From Patescibacteria group bacterium (GTDB lineage: Bacteria; Patescibacteriota; Minisyncoccia; UBA6257; GWB1-50-10): a stretch of 59,785 nucleotides of DNA. The notes beneath the pieces are model-generated. The model was not told the DNA's origin. It did not search any database and was given only the letters and a program-made list of their open reading frames with translations. Below are positions 1-9,264 of this stretch, one piece after another. How positions within the stretch are numbered: the first letter of the stretch is position 1; the number at the start of each line of letters is the position of its first letter. Both the position numbers and the translations under genes were made by a program. The DNA is taken from positions 71,157-130,941 of the forward strand of contig JBBTQX010000004.1 of assembly GCA_038065455.1 (NCBI GenBank), written 5' to 3'.

Positions 1-351
1 GTTTTGGTGGACGCCGGAAATGCCTCGTTTGAGAATTCCGTGCGTATTCCGATTGTGAAGCCGTCCATTGTCATAACCTCATTTCTTAAAGACCAATCGG
101 TGAAGCCGGGCGACGAGGTCGCTTTTCAAGCTCTGCCCTTTTTCTTCAACGTCGATTCTCTCAAAAAACTCACCTTTTTTTGGCAGATAAACAATCAGTC
201 GGCGGCCGGGGACGGCAACAAACTTACGATTAAAGTAGGTACGCCGAAGTCCGATTTCCAAAACTCCATTCTGGTGTCCGCCACGGCTCAAAATTCCGAC
301 AATCCTTATGAATTCAATAAAGGCTTGCTGAATCTTTCGATAACCCAATGA
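1..351 (+). CDS. C-terminal fragment of a hypothetical protein (5' end outside window)
   Basis: The frame is open from the window edge to TGA at 349-351. The stop overlaps the next ATG (ATGA), which suggests an operon. Confidence 0.5.
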   Translation, partial: VLVDAGNASFENSVRIPIVKPSIVITSFLKDQSVKPGDEVAFQALPFFFNVDSLKKLTFFWQINNQSAAGDGNKLTIKVGTPKSDFQNSILVSATAQNSDNPYEFNKGLLNLSITQ

Positions 352-1424
352 AAAAAAACAAAAGATTGATTTTTATCTTGCTGGTTTTGGGGGTGGTAAT
401 TTTTTTCGCGGCTGGACATTCGTCTTTTGCCGCCGACCTGGGGGCGGATAAAAAAATAGTTAATGTCGATTTTCCCTGCCCGGACAAGGGTTTTAATTTA
501 GGAGATTGCCAGCCGAACGACAGTATCCCGAATTATTTGAACAATATCTATAGATTCGCTGTCGGCATCGCGGGGCTCCTGGCGCTGGGAATGATAGTCG
601 CGGGCGGGGTTTATTACACCGTCTCGGCCGGCAGTAGCGACAAACAAAAAGATGCCAAAGACATGATTACCTCCGCCGTTTTGGGCGTGGGTCTGCTTCT
701 GGGATCGTATCTCATCCTCAAAACCGTGAATCCTCAGATAGTGACTTTGGATCTGAATTTCACGAATATTAGCGGCGGAGAACTGCAAGAAATAACCCAA
801 AAATCCAGTTTAGCGGAACAGGGGGGAAAAGATATTAATTGTCCCGATTTCAAACAAATTTTTATTGATCCCCCTGGCAAAACTAAATTTGGAGACACCT
901 GCGAATACAGAAAAAATATTCTAAAGAGCGATGCTAAATTGGATAATAGTGGTGGTTATTACGATGATGCTTCTTGGATTAGTTTGGGTTTGAAAGACAC
1001 GCTAATAAAAGCTGGCTCGAAGGTTTGGACTTATCCTTACTACAAAAACGATAATCCAAGTCTTGCTAGTTGTCTTGTTTATGCCTACCGGGAACCGGAT
1101 AGGAATAGCACTACTACTATGATAAAAATGGATAGTGGAGCAAAATTATGCCCAAATCAGGATCAAAAGGTTCCGACTATTTCTTGTAATTCATGGCGAT
1201 TTACGGCTGATGGGGGATTTCTTGGAAAAGATAAAATAGATATAACCGTTCTGGTAAGTAGTGGTTTTAACTACACAGACCCATATTCTCCCCCACCGGT
1301 AGGAGGCATTTCTGACAACAACAAACAAATAGTGCCCGGCAGAGACGAGTGTTATAAGAATCCGAGACTCTGCTCCCATAAATTATGGACCTGTGTGGGT
1401 ATTGAATTTAAATCTGGTAAATAA
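348..1424 (+). CDS. T4SS-pilin-like (TrbC/VirB2-type) membrane protein with a Cys-rich C-terminal extension
   Basis: 358 aa with a signal/TM segment. It has two hydrophobic helices around GGVYYTVSAGSSDKQKDAKDMITSAVLGVGLLLGS, the pattern typical of CPR T4SS_pilin proteins. The AT-richer C-terminal half carries 10+ Cys. Confidence 0.55.
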   Translation: MKKNKRLIFILLVLGVVIFFAAGHSSFAADLGADKKIVNVDFPCPDKGFNLGDCQPNDSIPNYLNNIYRFAVGIAGLLALGMIVAGGVYYTVSAGSSDKQKDAKDMITSAVLGVGLLLGSYLILKTVNPQIVTLDLNFTNISGGELQEITQKSSLAEQGGKDINCPDFKQIFIDPPGKTKFGDTCEYRKNILKSDAKLDNSGGYYDDASWISLGLKDTLIKAGSKVWTYPYYKNDNPSLASCLVYAYREPDRNSTTTMIKMDSGAKLCPNQDQKVPTISCNSWRFTADGGFLGKDKIDITVLVSSGFNYTDPYSPPPVGGISDNNKQIVPGRDECYKNPRLCSHKLWTCVGIEFKSGK

Positions 1425-1426
1425 TC

Positions 1427-2575
1427 ATGAAATCTTACGTAAAAATCGCGCTCGTTGCCCTCATTATTCTGATTATCGGGCTTATAATTTACTTCGTCTG
1501 GTCGGCGCTCGCGACGCCGGCGCCCGAAACGCTTGTTCCGGCTCCGATAAGCTCCGAACTGCCGACCATCCCATCATCCGGCGGAAATAACGGAACAAGC
1601 ACCCAAGACCAGGCCAGCGGCGAACAATTCGTGCCGGTTCTCACAAAAATTTCCGAAAACCCTGTTTTTGATTTCTGGACTGATATTCAAACCAAAGAAA
1701 CTTATTATCTCGACCCCGAAAGCCGCGTCTTCTTGGGTAAAAACGGGCCGGATTTGGAAATATCCGGACAAAACCTGAATGCTCCGAATTTCATCGAGCT
1801 TTCTCCGAGCGGCCAGCGGGTACTCGCCGCTTTCGGCGACCCGCGCCTGCCCCAATGGGGGATTTTCGACATCATTGACGAAAGCTGGCGGCCGCTTCCC
1901 GACGGCATCCTTAAAGCAACTTGGGGGGATAACAGCGACACGCTTATCGGCTTTGTGAAGAACGGCGCGAATATCAACCTTTCATCCATCAACCTCGCCC
2001 AAAGCCAGCCGACCTACAAAATCATCGCTAAAGATCTGCGGCTGGAGGATGTAAACCTGAAGTCGCTTTCTTCCCAAAATCTCGTCATAAGCGAAAATCC
2101 TTCGGCCGATTACCCGGGACGGGTTTGGAACTTGAACCTCAAAGATCTGTCGCTAAGCCAGATGTTTTCGCCGGAAAACGGCTTAATCATTAAATTATCC
2201 GCCGACAAGAAGATTGTGTTCATCTTCTCACCCGCAAACGGCTTCCGAATGCTGAATACGGCCAACCTGGGCCTCGCGACGCCGGTTCCTTTCTTAACCC
2301 TTCCATCTAAATGCTCGCCGGATTCCGCGATAATCTATTGCTTCGTTCCGGAAAACCTTCCGGAAAACGCGGTTTTGCCGGACGATTATTTCCGGAAAAA
2401 AACGCACACGAGCGATGTGTTATATAAAATCGATATTTCGAATGACGAGGTGTCGCTGGTATCCCTCCCGGGGAACGCCGGCTTGATCGACGCGAAAAAC
2501 CCGAGCGTAAACGCCGGGAATCTCTACTTCATAAATCTTTACGATAATTCTCTTTACTCCCTAACTATCCGATAA
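1427..2575 (+). CDS. membrane-anchored hypothetical protein (possible PD40/beta-propeller-like repeats)
   Basis: 382 aa with an N-terminal TM helix. It contains an LSPSGQRVLAAF-type motif and is tightly coupled to the upstream gene. Confidence 0.55.
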   Translation: MKSYVKIALVALIILIIGLIIYFVWSALATPAPETLVPAPISSELPTIPSSGGNNGTSTQDQASGEQFVPVLTKISENPVFDFWTDIQTKETYYLDPESRVFLGKNGPDLEISGQNLNAPNFIELSPSGQRVLAAFGDPRLPQWGIFDIIDESWRPLPDGILKATWGDNSDTLIGFVKNGANINLSSINLAQSQPTYKIIAKDLRLEDVNLKSLSSQNLVISENPSADYPGRVWNLNLKDLSLSQMFSPENGLIIKLSADKKIVFIFSPANGFRMLNTANLGLATPVPFLTLPSKCSPDSAIIYCFVPENLPENAVLPDDYFRKKTHTSDVLYKIDISNDEVSLVSLPGNAGLIDAKNPSVNAGNLYFINLYDNSLYSLTIR

Positions 2576-2990
2576 GTTGGATGATTATATGGCGGTCCCT
2601 TCCAACCCCCACACTCTCGGTTTTGAGATCGGGGCGGGTGGAGATTTCCACGTGCACCAGGCGGCGCTCATAGGCGTTCATCGCGGGAAGGGCGATTTCC
2701 GATTTGGTCATTACGGCTTTTTTGGCGGCCGCTTTCGCCAACTCGACGATAAGCCGCTCCCGTTCACGGCGGTAATAGTTTATATCCACCACGTAAGCCG
2801 GCTGTTTGTCGCGATGAGCCATCAGATTGACCAAATGCTCCAGGGCCGGCAAAACGGAATCAAGATTGGAGCGGATAATCTCGTCATCCGCCATTATCAG
2901 TATCTTGCGGTGCTCATCCTCAATAGTCACCTCCGGAGCGTAAAAGCCCGCCAAATCAACCAGTTTTTTTATTTTTTCCCCGAATTCCAT
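2565..2990 (-). CDS. jag: Jag/KhpB-like R3H RNA-binding protein
   Basis: 141 aa with a C-terminal R3H motif (YERRLVHVEIS...GVGRDRHIII). It lies downstream of yidC in the canonical rpmH-rnpA-yidC-jag order. Confidence 0.8.
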   Translation of the reverse strand: MEFGEKIKKLVDLAGFYAPEVTIEDEHRKILIMADDEIIRSNLDSVLPALEHLVNLMAHRDKQPAYVVDINYYRRERERLIVELAKAAAKKAVMTKSEIALPAMNAYERRLVHVEISTRPDLKTESVGVGRDRHIIIQLIG

Positions 2991-3024
2991 ACGAAGGTAA
3001 GATTACTTCGCTTTGGGGAAAAAT

Positions 3025-3663
3025 TCAACCTTGCGTCTTTTTATTAATGAACCATTGCTGGCCGATGGAGAAAAGATTCGACACCGCCCAATAAAGCCCG
3101 ATAGCGGCAGGAAGATTCCAAAGAACAACAATAGTAATGACTGGGCCGGCGTACATCATCATTTTCTGATTGGCCGCGACAGGCCCCTTCATCATCATTT
3201 TCATTTGGATATATTGGAGAATGGCGGCGAACGCCGCGAGCGCCAAACTTTTCTCGTCCAGATTCATAAAACCTGCAAAATAATGGCTTTCAAAAACGGC
3301 CGCGCCTATCTCTTTCGTAAATATACTAAAAAGGGCGAAAAATATCGGTAATTGGATTATCAGGAAAATTATACTTGAGAAGGGATTGATGTTGTGTTCC
3401 TTATAAAGCGCCATCAGTTCTTTTGCCTGCTTTTCCTTGTCGTCTTTGTGATCCAGTTGAATTTTTTTGACGTGAGGCTGGATTTTTTGGATTATCGTCT
3501 GATCTTTGGCGCCCTTGTAAAATATCGGCAAGAGCACCAGCCGGACGAGAATGGTTAAGATGATTATCGCGAGTCCAAGATCGTGAAAAGAAAGATTTTG
3601 ATATATAAAAACCAGGAGCCATAAAATGGGCTGGTAGACGTAGGTGTTGAATAAAGCGGTCAT
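3025..3663 (-). CDS. yidC: membrane protein insertase YidC (short form)
   Basis: 212 aa, multi-TM, YidC/Oxa1-like sequence in conserved synteny next to rnpA. Confidence 0.88.
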   Translation of the reverse strand: MTALFNTYVYQPILWLLVFIYQNLSFHDLGLAIIILTILVRLVLLPIFYKGAKDQTIIQKIQPHVKKIQLDHKDDKEKQAKELMALYKEHNINPFSSIIFLIIQLPIFFALFSIFTKEIGAAVFESHYFAGFMNLDEKSLALAAFAAILQYIQMKMMMKGPVAANQKMMMYAGPVITIVVLWNLPAAIGLYWAVSNLFSIGQQWFINKKTQG

Positions 3664-3665
3664 TT

Positions 3666-3902
3666 TTATAACTGATTCAGAATGTCTTTTTTAATCTCGG
3701 CGAAGGTCAGTTGGGCCGCGGCTGGACGGGCTATTACCCGGAAATTGAGTTTGATTTTTTTTGATATAGGTAGAAGTATCGATCTTACCCTCCGTTTCAT
3801 TAAATTGCGCCCGGTCGCCTTCTTTAGGGTATTTTTACCGACTACTACCGTTACAGACTTGGTTTTCTTCCCGGCTAGGCTGGTTTTAACCATAAAATAC
3901 AC
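3666..3902 (-). CDS. rnpA: ribonuclease P protein component
   Basis: 78 aa basic protein (KKATGRNLMKRRVRS) located immediately downstream of rpmH. Confidence 0.8.
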   Translation of the reverse strand: MYFMVKTSLAGKKTKSVTVVVGKNTLKKATGRNLMKRRVRSILLPISKKIKLNFRVIARPAAAQLTFAEIKKDILNQL

Positions 3903-3903
3903 T

Positions 3904-4041
3904 TTAAACCGAGAGTTTGCTCCTGCCTTTCCGGCGGCGCCTAATTAACACACTTCGTCCGCCCGGCGATCGGCTGCGCTTCAGAAAGCCGTGAGTCCGG
4001 CTGCGTTTCCTTTTTTTGGGCTGATAGGTTCTTTTTGGCAT
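3904..4041 (-). CDS. rpmH: 50S ribosomal protein L34
   Basis: Hand translation of the minus strand gives [45 protein letters not shown] (45 aa), a classic L34. It falls below the ORF-track size cutoff. Confidence 0.9.
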   Translation of the reverse strand: MPKRTYQPKKRKRSRTHGFLKRSRSPGGRSVLIRRRRKGRSKLSV

Positions 4042-4186
4042 CTTGGAGAATTATTTGAACATATTACATCAAGAAAAATATAATATCAACATCAACAGCT
4101 TATACACAGTTAAGTCACAAAAGGGTCGGTTGCGCCATATTGGCAACTCCGATGTTTCTCTCTATGATTAACCGAAAAGTATCTTT

Positions 4187-5554
4187 ATGAACACTAACCA
4201 ACTTTGGGAAGCGGTCTTGGGAGAAATCGAAATCCAGATTTCGCGTCCGAATTTCCTGACGTGGATGAAAAACAGCCAACTGCTCCAAAAAAATGACAAA
4301 GACGGCGTGGTGTTGGTGGGCCTTCCGAATAATTTTGCGAAGGAGTGGGTCAAAAGCCGATATCATAAAATAATTCTCGGCTCTCTTAGGAATTTGGATG
4401 GCTCGATAAAAAATGTGGATTACGCGGTCACGAGCCAGAACATCGCAAACGCGCCGTTAAAAAAATTCAGAGTTATGGCGGAGGCGGAGAAGCCCCAGTC
4501 GTCGCTCATTGAATTGAAAATAGATCCCAAAACAAACTTGAACCCAAAATATCTGTTCAATTCATTTATAGTCGGCTCATCGAACGAGTTGGCTTACGCG
4601 GCCGCGCAGGCGGTGGTGAAAGATGTGGGGAAAAAATACAATCCGCTTTTCGTTTATGGCGGGGTTGGTCTTGGAAAAACCCATCTTATCCAGGCGATGG
4701 GCAATGAGATCGCGAATATTTACAAAGGTTCGGTGAATGTCCTCTACACGTCGTCGGAAAAATTTATAAACGACGTGGTTTGGGCTATCCGGAACAAGAG
4801 AATGGATGACGTGAAAAAAAGGTATCGGGATGTGGATGTGCTTATTGTCGACGATATCCAATTTATTGCCGGGAAGCCGACGACCGAACAGGAATTTTTT
4901 TATACCTTCAATACGCTTCACGAAAACAACAAACAGATAGTGATTTCTTCCGATCGGCCCCCGTCGGCAATCCCCACGCTCGAAGAAAGGCTCCGTTCCC
5001 GCTTTGAAGGGGGGATGATTGTCGATGTTTCCTATCCGGACTATGAAATGCGGCTGGCAATTCTGAAAACCAAAGTTCTCCAAAACGGAATTTTCGTGGA
5101 TGAAAAGGTTTTGGAGCAAATCGCCGCCCGGGTCCAAAAAAACATCCGGGAGTTGGAGGGGGTTTTCAATAAGGTTGTTTTTTATGAGCAGGTCAAAAAC
5201 GAAAAAGTTAGCACTAAGAAATTGGACGAAATAATCAACGAGGCTGTTCAGGTTTTGCCGAAGAATATTACCGTGAGCGACGTGATAAAATCGGTAGCCG
5301 ACTTCTTCGAGGTTCCGACTGCAGATATCACCGACCGGAGCCGGAAGCAAGAGGTGGTAGAACCCCGCCAAATCGCGATGTATTTGATGCGCGACATGTT
5401 GAAGCTGTCTTACCCCCACATCGGCGAAAAGCTCGGCAAACGCGACCATACAACCGCTATTCACGCTTGCGAGAAGATAAAAAGAGAAATGAACCAAAAT
5501 CCGGGACTCAACCAAAAAATAATGCTGATAAAAGAAAGATTGTATAAGATGTAG
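4187..5554 (+). CDS. dnaA: chromosomal replication initiator DnaA
   Basis: 455 aa with Walker A GGVGLGKTHL and the C-terminal DnaA-box binding domain (RDHTTAIHACEKI). Confidence 0.97.
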   Translation: MNTNQLWEAVLGEIEIQISRPNFLTWMKNSQLLQKNDKDGVVLVGLPNNFAKEWVKSRYHKIILGSLRNLDGSIKNVDYAVTSQNIANAPLKKFRVMAEAEKPQSSLIELKIDPKTNLNPKYLFNSFIVGSSNELAYAAAQAVVKDVGKKYNPLFVYGGVGLGKTHLIQAMGNEIANIYKGSVNVLYTSSEKFINDVVWAIRNKRMDDVKKRYRDVDVLIVDDIQFIAGKPTTEQEFFYTFNTLHENNKQIVISSDRPPSAIPTLEERLRSRFEGGMIVDVSYPDYEMRLAILKTKVLQNGIFVDEKVLEQIAARVQKNIRELEGVFNKVVFYEQVKNEKVSTKKLDEIINEAVQVLPKNITVSDVIKSVADFFEVPTADITDRSRKQEVVEPRQIAMYLMRDMLKLSYPHIGEKLGKRDHTTAIHACEKIKREMNQNPGLNQKIMLIKERLYKM

Positions 5555-5739
5555 AAAGACTGTGGAAAAAAATCTGATAAAAAATAAATGAAAAAATTAA
5601 TTTCAAAAAATATCAATAAAAAGTCCCCGAGCGGGGATTGGGATATCCACACATTACTAAACGGCAAAAAACCGAATAACTGTTATTTTAATTAAGATAA
5701 ATCGAGTAAAAAATTATACACAACACTAATACCACTACT
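5555..5739. other. candidate oriC (dnaA-dnaN intergenic region)
   Basis: DnaA-box matches: TGTGGAAAA (5561-5569, reverse complement TTTTCCACA), ATATCCACA (5643-5651) and TTATACACA (5714-5722, fits TTATNCACA). An A/T-rich tract at 5570-5620 is a possible DNA unwinding element (DUE). One further TTATACACA box lies at 4100-4108 upstream of dnaA. Confidence 0.5.
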
Positions 5740-6846
5740 ATGAATTTAATAATATTAAGAACTAATCTACTGGACGGATTGAGCTCTGTTGAACGGGCGG
5801 TTGGGGAAAACACCAATCTGCCAATTTTAAAAAATATTCTAATAAAAACCAGGGATAATAAAATCGAATTTATTTCGACTAATTTGGAGCTGGCCGTCGA
5901 GGCATCTGTTTCCGGAAAGATAATCGAAAAAGGCGAAGTAACCGTCCCATTTTCCATATTTAATTCAACCATTAAAAATCTTAACACCGAAAGAATAATC
6001 CTCGAGGAAAAAGGCAAAAAACTGACTGTGAAAACCGATAATTACGAGGCTATTATGCAGATTCACAACCCGAAAGAATTTCCGATTATTCCGTCGATTT
6101 CCAACGAAAACCACAGTATAAAAATAAACACGAAAGATTTAAAAGAAGCGATAGGGAGCGTTATTATCGCGGCCCAATATTCCGACATTCGGCCGGAAAT
6201 AAGCGGAGTTTTTATGAGTTTTTCCGACGGAGCGCTGACCTTTGCCGCCACCGACGGCTTCCGGCTCTCGGAAAGAAAACTGAACCAAAAACAAACCAAA
6301 ACCGACATAGAAGATTTTTCCGTAATTATTCCGCTCAAAACCGCTACCGAGGTTATGAGAATGTTCAACAAAGACGAGGAGGTGGAAATATTCATCGACC
6401 CAAACCAAATAATGTTCCGCGCCCAAACCGAAAAAGTTATTTCAAGACTGATCGACGGAATATTCCCCGATTATCAATCCGTCATTCCGAAACAAATTCA
6501 AAACGAGGTATTGGCCGAAAGAAATGAATTAGTGAACGCCCTGAAACTTGCGAGCGGTTTTTCCGGAAGAGCGAACGATGTCACGATTAAAATCGGCGAC
6601 GGAAATAAATTTTTGGAAATATATTCTTCCGACAATGCTTTGGGTGAAAATTGCTACAAAGTACCGGTGAAAACGAAAGGAGAAAAATTTTCCCTGGTTT
6701 TCAACTGGCGCTACGTTTTGGATGGTTTGAAAATATATAAAAGTTCAGAAATCACGATTGGTGTGAATTCGTCAGACAAGCCGGTTGTGATAAAAAGTTC
6801 AAACGAACCCGGCCTTACTTATGTAGCGATGCCGATAAAAAGTTGA
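5740..6846 (+). CDS. dnaN: DNA polymerase III beta sliding clamp
   Basis: 368 aa with three-domain clamp length and sequence, directly after dnaA. Confidence 0.95.
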   Translation: MNLIILRTNLLDGLSSVERAVGENTNLPILKNILIKTRDNKIEFISTNLELAVEASVSGKIIEKGEVTVPFSIFNSTIKNLNTERIILEEKGKKLTVKTDNYEAIMQIHNPKEFPIIPSISNENHSIKINTKDLKEAIGSVIIAAQYSDIRPEISGVFMSFSDGALTFAATDGFRLSERKLNQKQTKTDIEDFSVIIPLKTATEVMRMFNKDEEVEIFIDPNQIMFRAQTEKVISRLIDGIFPDYQSVIPKQIQNEVLAERNELVNALKLASGFSGRANDVTIKIGDGNKFLEIYSSDNALGENCYKVPVKTKGEKFSLVFNWRYVLDGLKIYKSSEITIGVNSSDKPVVIKSSNEPGLTYVAMPIKS

Positions 6847-8962
6847 ATATACCCGCTTCCCAGTTCGCGAATTGGGAATCGTCGGCTGGGTTTTGTGGTG
6901 GTGGACCCAAAGGATTCTTTTTGTCCACATAATAGAGTATTGAGTGGATTTGTGGGGTTGGAATTCCGTTTATCGGAATAGATATTATATATTGTCCATT
7001 CAACATTGGTTTTGAAACCACTTCTATTGGGTTGGGACTATTAAAAGGTTCGCTTGAATAGTTTTTAATCGTCTCTCTAAGAAAAGCGCTCCAAATCGGA
7101 ACCGCCGCCAATATACTAGTTCCCTTTTTTTGCATTGGAGCGTTGTTATTGTTGCCGGCCCAAACCCCAACCGTAAGTGATGGGGTATATCCCATTGCCC
7201 AGGCATCGCGATAATCGTTTGTGGTACCGGTTTTTAGGGCCACATCGTAGCCTGGAAACACAGTGAGACCGAGGCTGTTTTGAAATAGGTTGGCTCGTAA
7301 CCCACTATCCGAAAGAATTTTATTTACCATTCGTGGGTATTGCTGATCAATCACTTTTTCCGCTTTATCATGATAACTTTCCAAAACATTACCCTTATTG
7401 TCCAACACCTCCAAAATAGAGGTTTGGTCGTGACGGACCCCATCCTGAGAAAGGGTAGAGTAAACATTTACCAGATCTATAAGTTTCACCTCACCGCCAC
7501 CCAAAACAAGAGATAGTCCGTAACGCCAAACATCGTTCAATGTTGTAATACCAAATTTATGAACGTTTGCAAGAAAATCTTTTATTCCAACTAAATACAA
7601 AGTTTTAACCGCCGAAATATTTATTGATTGAGCTAAAGATTGTTCCATTGAAACTGGTCCAAGAAAAGGATCGAAATCCTGGGGGTGGAAACACTCGTCA
7701 TCTTTCATTTCGTTGTAATCAGGAATAGGGGGGCATTTGGGATCGTTCGGAAGAAACTCGGTCGGCACATCGAAAAGAATCGTCTGGGGCGGATAACCCT
7801 TCTCAAAAGCAGTCATATAAGCAAAAGGCTTCAGGGCCGAGCCGGGTTGCCGCAGTCCCTGGACGGCCACATTAAAATTCCCGCCATTCGCTATGTCAAA
7901 GTAGTCTTTAGACCCCACCAGAGCCAGGATTTGGCCTGTTTTGGGGTCTTGGGCCACCAAACTGGCGTTCTTTCCGCCATAAAGCAATTCATTTCGGCTA
8001 GCGCCCTCTTCAACCACTTTTTCTCCAATCTCCTGCATCGGCCAATCTAAAGTTGTTATGACTTTAAGACCGCCATTCATCACTATATCTTCGCCATATT
8101 TATTCACCAAATATTCCTTAACCATAAGCGAGAAATGCGGAGCCTTAATGGAACCCAAAGAAGGCGGCGCGAATTTTATCTTTTCTTTTTTCGCTTCATC
8201 CCGCTGTTTCTCCGTGATTTTCCCGAGTTCGGCCATTCGGTTTAAAACACCGTTTTTTCTGGCCAAAACCTCGTCCAGATGACTCCCCCAAGGAGAGTAG
8301 TAGCTCGGCGCCTTAGTTAGCCCCGCCAAAAGCGCTGACTCGGCCAAGTCGATGTCATTGGCTGATTTTGAAAAAAATGTTTGGCTGGCGGCCTCCACTC
8401 CGTAGGCGTTGGAACCGTAGGGAATTTGATTGAGATAAAGATTTAATATCTCGTCTTTGGAATATCTGGATTCCATTTGGATTGCAAGCACCAACTCCTT
8501 CAATTTCCTGGTTATTGTTTTTTCGGACGACAGAAAAACGTTTTTGGCGAGTTGTTGGGTGATGGTCGAGCCTCCTTGGCTGAAACTCAAATTTTTTATA
8601 TCCACCCACAAGGCTCTCAATATTCCGCGCCAATCGAAAGCTGGCCGGTTGTAAAAATCGTCGTCCTCGGTCGCGATAGTCGCTTCTTTCAGGGTTTCCG
8701 GAATTTCTCCGAAAGGAATAATGGTCCTTTTTTCCTCCCCATGGATTTCATAAAGAACCACTTCGCCCGTCCGGTCGTAAAGTTTCGTGGATTGGCTGAC
8801 TTGGCGGGTTTCGAATTGGTCCGGCGATGGAAGGTCGCGGACGATTACAACCGCGTAAATAACGCCCACAGCGGCAAGGCTGACTGCCGCAATAGAGCTT
8901 AAGAGAAGCGCGGAAATCAAAAAACGCTTCCGCCGTATTTTTCCGGATTTTATTTTTTTCAT
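6815..8962 (-). CDS. penicillin-binding protein 1A (bifunctional glycosyltransferase/transpeptidase)
   Basis: 715 aa with an N-terminal TM anchor. GT51 motifs are present (ATEDDDFY, GGSTITQQLAKN), as is the transpeptidase SxxK (GSALKPF). Confidence 0.9.
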   Translation of the reverse strand: MKKIKSGKIRRKRFLISALLLSSIAAVSLAAVGVIYAVVIVRDLPSPDQFETRQVSQSTKLYDRTGEVVLYEIHGEEKRTIIPFGEIPETLKEATIATEDDDFYNRPAFDWRGILRALWVDIKNLSFSQGGSTITQQLAKNVFLSSEKTITRKLKELVLAIQMESRYSKDEILNLYLNQIPYGSNAYGVEAASQTFFSKSANDIDLAESALLAGLTKAPSYYSPWGSHLDEVLARKNGVLNRMAELGKITEKQRDEAKKEKIKFAPPSLGSIKAPHFSLMVKEYLVNKYGEDIVMNGGLKVITTLDWPMQEIGEKVVEEGASRNELLYGGKNASLVAQDPKTGQILALVGSKDYFDIANGGNFNVAVQGLRQPGSALKPFAYMTAFEKGYPPQTILFDVPTEFLPNDPKCPPIPDYNEMKDDECFHPQDFDPFLGPVSMEQSLAQSINISAVKTLYLVGIKDFLANVHKFGITTLNDVWRYGLSLVLGGGEVKLIDLVNVYSTLSQDGVRHDQTSILEVLDNKGNVLESYHDKAEKVIDQQYPRMVNKILSDSGLRANLFQNSLGLTVFPGYDVALKTGTTNDYRDAWAMGYTPSLTVGVWAGNNNNAPMQKKGTSILAAVPIWSAFLRETIKNYSSEPFNSPNPIEVVSKPMLNGQYIISIPINGIPTPQIHSILYYVDKKNPLGPPPQNPADDSQFANWEAGIFNFLSASLHK

Positions 8963-9020
8963 CTCAACCGTTTAATTTTGCGCGTTTGAATGCGCAGAGA
9001 AAGAAAGAAAACGTCCTTGG

Positions 9021-9185
9021 TTAAAAAATCTCTTCTTCGCCGGGCGTTTCTATCAAGTCGTCATCCGTACCGAAGCCGTCGTTTTCGTCTCCGCTCGGAG
9101 CGGGCGACTGAACTCCTTCTTCTTCCGTCTCCTCCTCTTCGTCGGAAAGGTTCAACGCGCGCGGTTCTAGCTCTATGATAACCAT
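9021..9185 (-). CDS. small highly acidic protein (54 aa), hypothetical
   Basis: Hand translation gives MVIIELEPRALNLSDEEEEETEEEGVQSPAPSGDENDGFGTDDDLIETPGEEEIF. Third-position codon composition resembles neighbouring genes, and it sits behind its own TTGACA-16-TATACT promoter. The R/S-rich plus-strand ORF 8990-9178 looks like its antisense shadow. Confidence 0.4.
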   Translation of the reverse strand: MVIIELEPRALNLSDEEEETEEEGVQSPAPSGDENDGFGTDDDLIETPGEEEIF

Positions 9186-9236
9186 TTTTTTTTCGTATAA
9201 GCGACCTTTTTAATTAAAAATTAATTGATTGGGGAT

Positions 9237-9264
9237 AGTATAGGAGATAGTTTTTAAATGTCAA
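9237..9264 (-). promoter_or_regulatory. sigma70-type promoter (TTGACA-16 nt-TATACT)
   Basis: The minus strand reads TTGACAtttaaaaactatctccTATACT, directly downstream of hairpin 9265-9331 and upstream of the acidic ORF and PBP gene. Confidence 0.5.

Noticed and set aside
4577-5515. 312-aa ORF antisense to dnaA, with similar long antisense ORFs inside polA, the Clp gene, RNase J, the SBP gene, ileS and others
   Set aside because: The sense-strand genes have unmistakable conserved motifs. The antisense ORFs are typical of GC-skewed third positions.
8990-9178. 62-aa plus-strand ORF (Arg/Ser-rich)
   Set aside because: It is the mirror image of the acidic minus-strand ORF. It has no promoter or ribosome-binding site, and it points against the flow of the surrounding operon.
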